From positions 2,432,001 through 2,496,000 of the forward strand of contig CP166615.1 of the NCBI GenBank assembly GCA_041937175.2: a DNA stretch of 64,000 nt, in the 5' to 3' direction. Positions within the stretch are counted from its first letter, which is position 1; every line of letters begins with the position of its first letter. The DNA comes from Limnothrix sp. BL-A-16. Its GTDB lineage: Bacteria > Cyanobacteriota > Cyanobacteriia > CACIAM-69d. Position numbers and translations under genes: made by a program. The notes under the pieces were generated by a model. It did no database searches and was not told where the DNA came from. It saw only the letters and a program-made list of their open reading frames with translations. This document shows positions 21,351 to 30,593 of the stretch, one piece after another.

Positions 21351-21927
21351 ACCGGCGGTATTTCTCGATCGCGATGGTGTGCTGAATCAAGAGGCGGGCT
21401 ACATTCACCGCCTCGAAGATCTGCACCTGATCCCCGGTACAGCCCAAGCGGTGCGCCAACTGAACGAGGCGGGCTGGTTTTGCTGTTTGGCTTCCAACCA
21501 AGCCGGCCCGGCCCGGGGCTACTATCCCCAATCCCATGTGGATGCACTGCACGATCGGCTTTGTCGCTTGCTGGATGAAGAAGCCGGGGCCAAGCTGGAT
21601 GCGCTCTACTACTGCCCCTATCTGAGCGGCCCCGAAGGCGGCAAGGATCCTGAATTCACCCGCTACAGCACCTGGCGCAAACCCAACACCGGGATGCTGG
21701 TGGCCGCCGCCTGGGATTGGGATCTCGATTTGTCGCGCAGTGTGATGGTGGGTGACAAGGCGACGGATATTGACCTGGCGAAAAATGCCGGTTGTGTGGG
21801 CATTTTGGTGACGACCGGATTTGGGGAGCAGGTGTTAGCGGGCAACTATCAACATGCCACCCAGCCGGATTTTGTGGCGGCTAATTTGCTAGAAGCGGTG
21901 CGATGGATTTTGCGATCGCCCCGATAG
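21343..21927 (+). CDS. gmhB: HAD-IIIA phosphatase, heptose-1,7-bisphosphate phosphatase-like
   Basis: FLDRDGVLN, SNQAG, RKP..GM, MVGDK..D. Confidence 0.8.
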   Translation: MSRPAVFLDRDGVLNQEAGYIHRLEDLHLIPGTAQAVRQLNEAGWFCCLASNQAGPARGYYPQSHVDALHDRLCRLLDEEAGAKLDALYYCPYLSGPEGGKDPEFTRYSTWRKPNTGMLVAAAWDWDLDLSRSVMVGDKATDIDLAKNAGCVGILVTTGFGEQVLAGNYQHATQPDFVAANLLEAVRWILRSPR

Positions 21928-22020
21928 TCCCAATTGCCCATCGGTTTTGAACTGCTTTGATGATTCAATCTCAAATGGGCGATCGACTCCCCGATCGCCC
22001 ACTTGCCCCCTAAGTTCCCC

Positions 22021-23511
22021 CTAAGTTTTGGAGCGATCGCGCCGATCAGGTTGGGGGGACATCTCCGGCATAAAGGTTGGCACCAGGTTTGGCTCCCGAT
22101 GTTTCACAGCGGTCACCTCCGGCGGCAACTCCGAGAGCTGGGCATCGCCATCGGTTGCATCATCCTGCGGCAACCAGCCCACCAACGGCAGCGGCAACAG
22201 GGTTGATAAATTGGCGATCGTCACCAACAACCACAGGCGATCGAAGTGGGTTTCATCCACCCCCAACCAATGGGTCAGTAGGGCCCCAAACTCGCTGGAT
22301 ACCGCCCCTGCCAGGTTATAAACCGACATCAACAGCGCAAACAGCGTCGCCTCCACCCCCGGCGGACAAAGCCGCGCCGACAGCACCAACACCGGCATGA
22401 AGGTAATTTGCCCCGCCACGGTCAAAATCAGGCTGTCGCCCAAGCTAAACCAGCGATCATCAATGCCCAACGCCCGGTTGGCATGGGTCACCAACAGCAG
22501 CGTTGTCATGCCCAGCGCCGTGGAAACCAGGGTGCTCCAGAGGAAAATCTTGCGGAAAGGTACGGTTTTGAAAAATCGCTGGAATGCCCAAACGCCAACC
22601 AAGGCCGCCACACTGGTCACCAGTCGCACCCGCCCCAAAAACTCCGGCGGAAACTGCAACTCATTGGTGGTGAAGTAGAAAAATGCCGTGTCCGATGAGG
22701 GTGTGGCTTGCCAAAGGAACAGAAACAACGTGGGCATCCAAATCGCCTTTTGGGAAACCGCCTGCCACAGATCCCGCGCCTGTTGTTGAACCACGCTCAG
22801 GTCTGGACGAGTGGTTAAGGGCGTTTCGTGGATCGCAAAGGCCCCAAAGCAAATCAGCAGCGGAAACATGGAGGTCATCCAAAACACCGTTTGGGCGCTG
22901 AACTGCTCCAACAACACGCCGCTGAGATAGGCCGTTAGCAAGCCCCCCAGCGCCGAAACCCCCCAACAAAGGGATTGCAGCGATCCGGCCGTGCCCGTGG
23001 ATTCGTTGCGGGCCCGTTCCACCACCAAAGAATCGGCAATCACATCGCTGACGGCCACGGACAGGGAAGATAGGGCGATCGCCAGCATGGCCGCCCAGCC
23101 CGTATGCACCACCGTGGCCATCGCCACCCAAGCCAAGGCCCCGCCAATGCCCGACAAAATGAGGTAGGGTCGCCGCCGGTAGCCAAAAATAGGCAACCCA
23201 TCGGACATGAACCCAAACAGCGGTTTCACCATCCAGGGAATGGCCACAACCCCCATCAGGGCCGCCACTTCCGCCGGACTCAGGTGCAACTCATCTTTCA
23301 GGAAAAAACTGACGGCCAAACGAGCCAGCCCCAAAATGCCCTGCACCAGATACACCAGCAAAATGGCAATCAGTTCCGGGGTTGGCTCGTTGCCAAAGAA
23401 AAGCTTTTCTACGATCACCGAGCGCAGACCAGGCGATCGCCCCGTTGGCGCATCCTGGGGCGCGATCGCGTCGGAGCCGGAACTGATGTTTTGGTTCGGT
23501 GCAATGGCCAT
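22021..23511 (-). CDS. Folate/biopterin transporter (BT1/FBT family MFS)
   Basis: PW.VKPLFG..SD..PIFGYRRRPY, DV..DSLVVE, CP.GVEATLFALLMS. Confidence 0.92.
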   Translation of the reverse strand: MAIAPNQNISSGSDAIAPQDAPTGRSPGLRSVIVEKLFFGNEPTPELIAILLVYLVQGILGLARLAVSFFLKDELHLSPAEVAALMGVVAIPWMVKPLFGFMSDGLPIFGYRRRPYLILSGIGGALAWVAMATVVHTGWAAMLAIALSSLSVAVSDVIADSLVVERARNESTGTAGSLQSLCWGVSALGGLLTAYLSGVLLEQFSAQTVFWMTSMFPLLICFGAFAIHETPLTTRPDLSVVQQQARDLWQAVSQKAIWMPTLFLFLWQATPSSDTAFFYFTTNELQFPPEFLGRVRLVTSVAALVGVWAFQRFFKTVPFRKIFLWSTLVSTALGMTTLLLVTHANRALGIDDRWFSLGDSLILTVAGQITFMPVLVLSARLCPPGVEATLFALLMSVYNLAGAVSSEFGALLTHWLGVDETHFDRLWLLVTIANLSTLLPLPLVGWLPQDDATDGDAQLSELPPEVTAVKHREPNLVPTFMPEMSPQPDRRDRSKT

Positions 23512-23733
23512 TGATAAGTTTCTAGCAAAAAAACTTCATAATTCTAAGCCTCTCCATCATAGCGGGCTTCCCCGACCCGATCGGCCACCCAGCGAGCGAT
23601 CGGTCTTGTTCGTCGCACCAAGAGACCCAAACTCAGTCCTATGAAATTAAATTCATATTGGGTCTGTATCTGTGGAATTTGTGCCGGTTGAGTCTATATC
23701 TGTAGGTAGATAAATAAGATTTTTCCTCAAGCA

Positions 23734-26334
23734 ATGGACAAAATGACAGTTTCAAAAAGGGGGTTTCATCCCCAAGGAATCAAAATTGGTTGCTTTATTG
23801 GGCTAATTATTTTGGGCTTACTCGGTAACTACTACCGAGCAAACTTATTTTTAGGCGTTGATTTTATCTTTGGGAGTGCGGCCGCTCTGCTAGCGGCCCG
23901 ATTTTATGGGCCTCTTTGGGGTGGCATTGCGGGGGCAGCGATCGGGAGCTATACCTGGGTGCTTTGGAGCCATCCCTACGCCATGATTATCTTCACGGCA
24001 GAGGCGGCCCTGGTGGGGTGGGTTCGCCAGCGTCATCGCCAAAGCTTGCTGTTGCTGGATGGTCTTTATTGGCTGGTGGTGGGATCGTTGTTGGTGGCCC
24101 TGTTTTATGGGGCCGTTTTGCAGGTGGGCGTTTTGCAAGTGCAGCTCATTTTGCTGAAACAAGCCCTGAATGGGGTCTGTAATGCTCTAATTGCCAGCGG
24201 TATCCTTGGAATTTTTTCTTTTTTAGGACAGCGATTTCCGCAAAAGTTTCAATCGGTTCGCTGGCCGCTGCGGGATGTTTTGAACGATATTTTGGTGGCT
24301 TTTGTGCTGCTACCCATTATGTTGCTCTTCACCCTGGATGCCAACCGAATGTTGGTGGACTTAGAGCGATCGGTCAGGACAGATTTACAACTGGCAAGTG
24401 CGCCAATCATTGAGCAAATTCGCAATTGGCAGCGACAAATTTGGGAAACGGCCACGGATTTTTCCCAGCTCAAAGCGGAGTCCTTGACCGAAGCTCAATT
24501 AATCACGGCCCTGGAACAGAATGTGCTGATTGATGGCCTGTGGGTGCTGGATTCCAAACTACGTTTTCTGACCCAGGCAACCAATAATCCTGATGTGTCC
24601 CTCAGCCTTCAGTCCCTATCGCAGTTGGAGCTACGTGAACATCAACCCAATCAGCTCCAAGCCTGGCGAATTGTGGCAATTCCGAAGGCCAAAACTGGCG
24701 ATGAGCATCAGCTTTGGTTGGTGCGGCCCTTAACCCAGGGGTTGGAGTCCACGGGATTTTTAATTGCCCATCTGCGGTTCGATCGACTCATGGATGCGCT
24801 CACGAGTCCGGTGAAAATTTACGATCGGGCGGTGGGCGCGGTGTTGGTGAATGAAAACCAGCAAGTGGTGGGCAGTGTGAACCCCGCCTATGAACCGCAG
24901 GATGTTTTTAATCTGAGTCAGCCGAAGGTTTGGGTGCGGCAACTGGGAACCGGCAGCACCGAGTTTTATCAGGTCTTGACCAATGATCCCGCTCGACCGC
25001 CGATGGTACGTGCTCGCCAAGCCACCTATTGGCTTGCGAGTATCCTGCCGGGCAATTTGGGTTGGCATTTGTGGATTTCATTCCCCGCCCAACCCCACAT
25101 GGATGATTTGCAGGTGGCCTATAACCAGCGATTTGGGATTGTGATGCTGGTGGTCTATGGCAGTATGCTGGCGGCCTATTGGGTGAGCAAGTCCTTGGTG
25201 AAGCCCTTGCAAATTTTGGCAAGAATTACCACAGATTTGCCCGATCGCGTGAATGATCACCAAGAGGTGGACTGGCCACAAAGCCCAGTTCAGGAGTTTG
25301 ATCAACTGTCAACCAATGGGCAGTTAATGGCCGAAAGTTTGCGGGAAAGATTTCTAGAAATTCACCAGGCAAATGAGCAATTGGAGCAGCGGGTAGCAGA
25401 GCGCACGGAGGACTTGGAAGCAACCCTCAGCCAACTGAAACAGACCCAAACCCAGCTCGTTCAAACGGAAAAAATGTCAAGCCTGGGAGGATTGGTGGCA
25501 GGGGTAGCCCACGAAATCAACAATCCCATTAACTTCATTGCGGGCAACTTAACCCACGCGGAAGAATATGTTCAAAGCCTGCTGAAGGCGATGAGTTTGT
25601 TTGAAACTCTCTATCCAAAACCAGAGCCAACCTTGCGCGAAGCCTTAGAGGAGTTGGAGCTAGATTTTTTGGTTGAAGATTTGCCAAAAACTTTTCAATC
25701 GATGCAGTTGGGTGCGCGGCGCGTGCAGGATATTGTGCAATCGTTACGGACTTTTTCTCGGATTGATCGAGCAGAGTTGCAAACATTTGACTTACATGAG
25801 GGCATTGATAGCACATTAATTATTTTGCAAAACCGGCTGAAGGGCCGCTCCGATCGCCTAGCCATTGAGGTGATTAAGCAATATGGCCCATTGCCGTTGG
25901 TGGAATGCTACGGGGGACATCTGAATCAGGTGTTTATGAATTTGTTGGTGAATGCGATCGATGCGATCGACCTGCGGGATGCGGGCCGAACCCTTGCGGA
26001 AATGCGCCAAAATCCCAGCCGCATTGAAATCACCACGGCCACGTTGAATCAGCAATTGGTGATTGTTCGGTTTCGAGACAATGGCCCAGGAATGCCGCCG
26101 GAGGTACGCGATCAAATTTTTGAGCCGTTTTTCACCACCAAACCCACGGGCAAAGGCACGGGCTTGGGTCTGTCCATCAGCTATCAAGTGATTGTGGAAC
26201 AGCACGGAGGGGCGCTAACTTGCCAGTCCAGTCCCGATTGGGGCACGGAGTTTTACATTGAGCTGCCAATTCGCGGATCCAGCAAGCCTCAAAACGCGGC
26301 CCAACCGGGACCCCGATCCACGGCGACGGTGTAG
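23734..26334 (+). CDS. Membrane sensor histidine kinase (orphan)
   Basis: H-box LVAGVAHEINNP, N-box QVFMNLL.NA, DNGPG, FFTTK, GTGLGL; multi-TM N-terminus, extracytoplasmic loop, HAMP-like linker. Confidence 0.93.
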   Translation: MDKMTVSKRGFHPQGIKIGCFIGLIILGLLGNYYRANLFLGVDFIFGSAAALLAARFYGPLWGGIAGAAIGSYTWVLWSHPYAMIIFTAEAALVGWVRQRHRQSLLLLDGLYWLVVGSLLVALFYGAVLQVGVLQVQLILLKQALNGVCNALIASGILGIFSFLGQRFPQKFQSVRWPLRDVLNDILVAFVLLPIMLLFTLDANRMLVDLERSVRTDLQLASAPIIEQIRNWQRQIWETATDFSQLKAESLTEAQLITALEQNVLIDGLWVLDSKLRFLTQATNNPDVSLSLQSLSQLELREHQPNQLQAWRIVAIPKAKTGDEHQLWLVRPLTQGLESTGFLIAHLRFDRLMDALTSPVKIYDRAVGAVLVNENQQVVGSVNPAYEPQDVFNLSQPKVWVRQLGTGSTEFYQVLTNDPARPPMVRARQATYWLASILPGNLGWHLWISFPAQPHMDDLQVAYNQRFGIVMLVVYGSMLAAYWVSKSLVKPLQILARITTDLPDRVNDHQEVDWPQSPVQEFDQLSTNGQLMAESLRERFLEIHQANEQLEQRVAERTEDLEATLSQLKQTQTQLVQTEKMSSLGGLVAGVAHEINNPINFIAGNLTHAEEYVQSLLKAMSLFETLYPKPEPTLREALEELELDFLVEDLPKTFQSMQLGARRVQDIVQSLRTFSRIDRAELQTFDLHEGIDSTLIILQNRLKGRSDRLAIEVIKQYGPLPLVECYGGHLNQVFMNLLVNAIDAIDLRDAGRTLAEMRQNPSRIEITTATLNQQLVIVRFRDNGPGMPPEVRDQIFEPFFTTKPTGKGTGLGLSISYQVIVEQHGGALTCQSSPDWGTEFYIELPIRGSSKPQNAAQPGPRSTATV

Positions 26335-26425
26335 CCCGGTTCGATCGCCCTCCCCCATCGGCCATTTCCCCACAGCAGGCTAAAAACCCTGGAAATCTTG
26401 CGATGATGGGGCTGATTTTTAGGCC

Positions 26426-28081
26426 TTGCTTCAGGAGTCGATCGTGCCCTCGCGTCGTACCGTCACCCGCTGGATTACCCAAGGGGGATTGTTGGGATCC
26501 ATGGGAGCCGCCATGGGCCAGCGGGCCGGCGAGCTGCGGCAACAGGCCGAGGCCGCACCGTTGATTCCCGGACAACCCGCCGCCTGGGCCGATCGCCTGC
26601 GGATGGCCGATCGCTTGGCCCAAGAACAGTTGGCCGCCGCCCAAGATCCCCGCGCCGAAGTGGAACTGCTGATTCCCAGCTTTTTGGGTAACCAAGCCCG
26701 CCGGTTCTATGGCCGAGGCATTCCCCAGGGATTGGGGGTACGGCGCAAGTTTTTTTTGGGATCCGGCTCAACGCGAATTGGGCGGCGACTGGAAGTTTGG
26801 AGCGGTGCTGGCTGGACAGGGCAATGCACCCTCGTGCGCGATCGAGGGCGGGACTATTTGCTGATTGGCGCGTTTGACCACCACCTGCGCAAAATTGACC
26901 TGCAAACTTGGCAGGAGGTTTGGCGCTATCGATTTGACGACGTGCTGAAGGGAACAGCCACGGTTTATATCGATCGCACCGCACCACCGCTTGATCAAGT
27001 GATTGTGCTTCAGGGCAGTCGCCAGGGAGTACATGTGCCCTTTACGGCGCGGGTGGTTCCCAGTTTGCGGGCCATTTCCTTTCGCACGGGCCAAGAGTTG
27101 TGGCGGTGGAACGTGCGCCAAACCGACAGCTACAGCCGCGACAACGACAGTAGCCCCCTCGATTTGCGCAATGGGCTGCTGTTTAATGTGGGCGAAAACG
27201 GGGTTGGCTCCTTTTTGGGGGCCGCGCTGAACACGGTCACCCAACGGGACGGCATCACCCAACCAGCGATCGCGGGGGAATTGCTGTTCTATGCGCCGGG
27301 CGACGCGGCCCGCCATGGCGGCAACCTGGTGGCGGAATCTTCCCCGTCGCGACTGGGCGATCGGCTGTTTGTGGCGGCTGGCTCCGGTCACATTTACGGC
27401 GTTGACCTCAACAGTCGGAAAATCGACTGGGATTTCTTCACCGGTACGGATATTGACGGAACGGTGGTGGTTTCCCGCGATGGCAAGCTCTTTTGCGCGA
27501 TCGAGCGGCAATATACATCTGGGCCCGGCGGTCTTTTTAAGTTGAATCCGGCCAGGCCGCCCGCCGAGGCCGTGGAATGGTTTTTGCCCACCGGCTCCTT
27601 GCGCTACCAGGATTGGCAGGGTGGGATTATCGGCTCAGCGGCCCTGAATGATGACTACCGCGATCGGGGACAACCGCCCCTGTTTGCCACGGGGGCGATC
27701 GATGGAATTCTCTACATTGGCTCCCAATTGCGCACCACCGGCCTAGCCCACTGGGGGCCCCAGCGGGATGGGCCGCACAATTCGCCCTACGTGGCCTTTC
27801 AAACCCGGATTGGCCCCACCATTTCTACCCCGATTTTCACCGAGGGCGATCGACTCGTGGCCGCCAGCTACGACGGGGTGCGGCTGTTTCAGTTGCGCTT
27901 TTTGCCCACCCAGTCTCAAGACCCGGCCGCTTTGCCCAATGGTCGAGGCCAGTGGTTTCGCCTGGAGGTCACTCTGTTGGCGCACTTTGCCCCGGGATCT
28001 TCCTTCGAGGCCACCCCGATCGTTTGGGATGGGACGGTTTATCTGAGTGGGCGCGATGGCTGGCTCTATGCCCTCGGCTAA
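26426..28081 (+). CDS. Putative PQQ-like beta-propeller protein (start uncertain)
   Basis: Repeated D....G...W.F/Y-type blade motifs (DLQTWQEVW.Y, FRTGQELW, DLNSRKIDWDF), ending ATPIVW.G.VY...RDG.LYALG. Confidence 0.6.
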   Translation: MLQESIVPSRRTVTRWITQGGLLGSMGAAMGQRAGELRQQAEAAPLIPGQPAAWADRLRMADRLAQEQLAAAQDPRAEVELLIPSFLGNQARRFYGRGIPQGLGVRRKFFLGSGSTRIGRRLEVWSGAGWTGQCTLVRDRGRDYLLIGAFDHHLRKIDLQTWQEVWRYRFDDVLKGTATVYIDRTAPPLDQVIVLQGSRQGVHVPFTARVVPSLRAISFRTGQELWRWNVRQTDSYSRDNDSSPLDLRNGLLFNVGENGVGSFLGAALNTVTQRDGITQPAIAGELLFYAPGDAARHGGNLVAESSPSRLGDRLFVAAGSGHIYGVDLNSRKIDWDFFTGTDIDGTVVVSRDGKLFCAIERQYTSGPGGLFKLNPARPPAEAVEWFLPTGSLRYQDWQGGIIGSAALNDDYRDRGQPPLFATGAIDGILYIGSQLRTTGLAHWGPQRDGPHNSPYVAFQTRIGPTISTPIFTEGDRLVAASYDGVRLFQLRFLPTQSQDPAALPNGRGQWFRLEVTLLAHFAPGSSFEATPIVWDGTVYLSGRDGWLYALG

Positions 28082-28416
28082 TAGGCATTGATTGCCGTTG
28101 AATCTTGGCTGCGAATCTCGATATCCCATTTTGCTCGCGAGCTTTGATCTCGATGGCTGATCCCGATCGGGTCAGGTTTGCATAATTTTTTTAAGCATTC
28201 TCGATAGATGACTAGTACAAATTTTTGAATGCAAAACAAGACGTAAAACGAGACGGATGATGATGCGCCGTCTTCGTCAATCTGCGTCCTCTATTTTGCA
28301 CTGAATTGACTTGACCTTTGGGGTCAGCCAAAAGCAGCTTTCTTGATCAAAAGCTGTGCGGATTTGTGCTGTCTAAAATTTCCATTCTTTCAGGATCATC
28401 GATCAGGAAATTGAGC

Positions 28417-28764
28417 ATGTGTTACGTTGTCGAGTTGCCCGATGGCTCCTACTATGTCCCCAACGGTTCAGTGCCCGATGCTTGCAAAGCAATCCACTTT
28501 ACCGACAAAGACGAGGCCGCCGCGATCGCCAAGGCCAAAAAAGGGAAGGTCAAAGTCTGCACCTTAAAGGATGCCGCACCGCCGCCAAAGGACAACAGCC
28601 AGCTTTGGGTGATGGGGCTAATTTTCATTGGAATTGCTACCTTTCGAGATCCCACCAACTTAGAAATTTTGCAGCGAATTACGCGCTTGGATCAGCCTAG
28701 CAATGGAGTCACGGCTGGGACAGTAGAATTCACCTCTTCTTGGTCGGATTGTCTGTGGTTCTGA
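28417..28764 (+). CDS. Small hypothetical protein
   Basis: ATG 28417 after AGGA; protein-like sequence with a short hydrophobic segment; no family recognised. Confidence 0.5.
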   Translation: MCYVVELPDGSYYVPNGSVPDACKAIHFTDKDEAAAIAKAKKGKVKVCTLKDAAPPPKDNSQLWVMGLIFIGIATFRDPTNLEILQRITRLDQPSNGVTAGTVEFTSSWSDCLWF

Positions 28765-28854
28765 GGGCGATTCAAGACTGGTTTTTAGACTAGTTCTGAA
28801 GACCTCTTGATTCAGCTTTTTCAATCCAAATTCAGTGCCATTGATGATGGAGGT

Positions 28855-29194
28855 AAGGGGCTTAGGGCATGTCGTTGTTGAGCACAAAACCCTAGATCGG
28901 TCGTTAGCGGATCGTAGGGGGCAAGGGGCTTAGGGCATGTCGTTGTTGAGCACAAAACCCTAGATCGGTCGTTAGCGGATCGTAGGGGACAAGGGGCTTA
29001 GGGCATGTCGTTGTTGAACACGAAACCCTAGATCGGTCGTTAGCGGATCGTAGGGGACAAGGGGCTTAGGGCATGTCGTTGTTGAGCACAAAACCCTAGA
29101 TCAGTCGTTAGCGGATCGTAGGGGACAAGGGGCTTAGGGCATGTCGTTGTTGAACACGAAACCCTAGATCGGTCGTTAGCGGATCGTAGGGGAC
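28855..29194 (+). repeat. Tandem array, 5 x 68 bp, of the MITE left arm
   Basis: Units start at 28855, 28923, 28991, 29059, 29127 and are near-identical. Confidence 0.95.
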
Positions 29195-29278
29195 AAGGGG
29201 CTTAAGCCCCTTGTTACGACCATTAGGGCAAGGAAGATCAAGCGTTTCAGCATCACCTCGAAAAATGACGAGACCCCC
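28865..29278 (+). mobile_element. MITE with amplified left arm, inserted at the TA centre of a palindrome
   Basis: AAGGGGCT-TA precedes it; right TIR AATGACGAGACCCCC is followed by TA-AAGCCCCTTG; 29137-29278 forms a complete 142 bp copy. Confidence 0.7.
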
Positions 29279-29371
29279 TAAAGCCCCTTGTCTTTCCGTT
29301 GTAACTTTTTGCCTTTTTGTTGGTCTTTTTGTTGATCCTCTGCTGTACCGCTTATTGTCCTGGTTTGTCTA

Positions 29372-30451
29372 CTAATCCCCGAGGCAAATTCCCAGGCCCC
29401 GTGCGGTTTTCAGCAGAGTATCACTGGGATCAACAATGCGGCAGTGGGAAATGGCCTCTAGTACAGGCACGCTCACCACCTGGCGCTGTTGCCAAGTCAC
29501 CACCCGATCGAACTCGCCCCGAGCAATCAAATCCACCGCCTCCACACCAAAGGCCGAGGCAATCAGGCGATCGAGCGGCGAGGGTACGCCACCGCGCTGC
29601 ACATGGCCCAGTACTGTGACGCGGGTTTCAGCGCCGGTGCTTTGGGCCAGCTCTTGGGCCAAATATTGCCCAATGCCCCCCAGGCGACATTCCCCAAAGG
29701 CCTGAGTTTGCGTCACCACATCACCGCCGCTGGTGCAGACCGCTTCGGACACAATCACCACGGAAAAGGCCTTGCCAGCGGCCTGGCGATCGCGAATGGC
29801 CTGGGACACCGCTTCCAGCTTGTAAGGAATTTCGGGAATCAAAATCACATGGGCCCCGCCTGCAATGCCGGCGTGGAGGGCGATGTGGCCCGCATCGCGC
29901 CCCATCACTTCCAAGATCATGACCCGATCGTGGCTGGCGGCGGTGAAATGGAGCCGATCGAGCGCCTCCGTGGCAATGTTCACGGCGGTGTCAAACCCGA
30001 TCGATTGTTCTGTGGCGGCCACATCGTTATCGATCGTTTTGGGAATCCCCACAAAAGGAATGCCCACTTTCGTCATCAGATCATGAAGAATTTTTAGGCT
30101 CCCATCCCCGCCAATGCCAACAATGGCCGACAATTCCAACTCCCGACAACCTTCGGCAAAGTCCAAGGTGCGATCGTGCATCGTGCCATCGGGCAAGGTC
30201 ACCTGGAAGGGTTGACCTCGATTAATGGTTCCTAGCAGGGTTCCCCCCAAGGTTAACCACCGCTCAACCTTGTCCGGTGTCAGCAGCAGGGCTTCGGGGG
30301 GCTGCCGAGTTAGCCCCTCCGTCCCGTGGCGAATGCCCATCACCTCCCAGCCATAGCTGGCGGCCCGCATCACCACACCCCGAATGGCAGCATTTAGCCC
30401 TGCGCAATCTCCACCGCTGGTCAGCACTCCGATTCGTTTTATCTCACCCAT
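29372..30451 (-). CDS. pfkA: ATP-dependent 6-phosphofructokinase
   Basis: TSGGDCAGLN, GGDGS, PKTIDND, EVMGRDAG, LGHVQRGG; ATG 30451. Confidence 0.95.
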   Translation of the reverse strand: MGEIKRIGVLTSGGDCAGLNAAIRGVVMRAASYGWEVMGIRHGTEGLTRQPPEALLLTPDKVERWLTLGGTLLGTINRGQPFQVTLPDGTMHDRTLDFAEGCRELELSAIVGIGGDGSLKILHDLMTKVGIPFVGIPKTIDNDVAATEQSIGFDTAVNIATEALDRLHFTAASHDRVMILEVMGRDAGHIALHAGIAGGAHVILIPEIPYKLEAVSQAIRDRQAAGKAFSVVIVSEAVCTSGGDVVTQTQAFGECRLGGIGQYLAQELAQSTGAETRVTVLGHVQRGGVPSPLDRLIASAFGVEAVDLIARGEFDRVVTWQQRQVVSVPVLEAISHCRIVDPSDTLLKTARGLGICLGD

Positions 30452-30593
30452 AGGATTGCATCTCTTATGCAAACGCTGCTCATGGGCGATCGTACGCGAT
30501 CCCAACGGTGGGGCAAGCCTGTGTTAATAACTGCAATGGGATTGGGCGATCGAGATGGGGCGATCGCCCTAATTTCGCCCTGCGACTCCTGGC

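Noticed and set aside
28800..28809. Remnant IS end (AGACCTCTTG)
   Set aside because: Only 10 bp match the IS TIR, with no partner or transposase fragment
28855..29194. CRISPR array
   Set aside because: The whole 68 bp unit repeats, with no unique spacers and no cas genes; it is explained as MITE left arms
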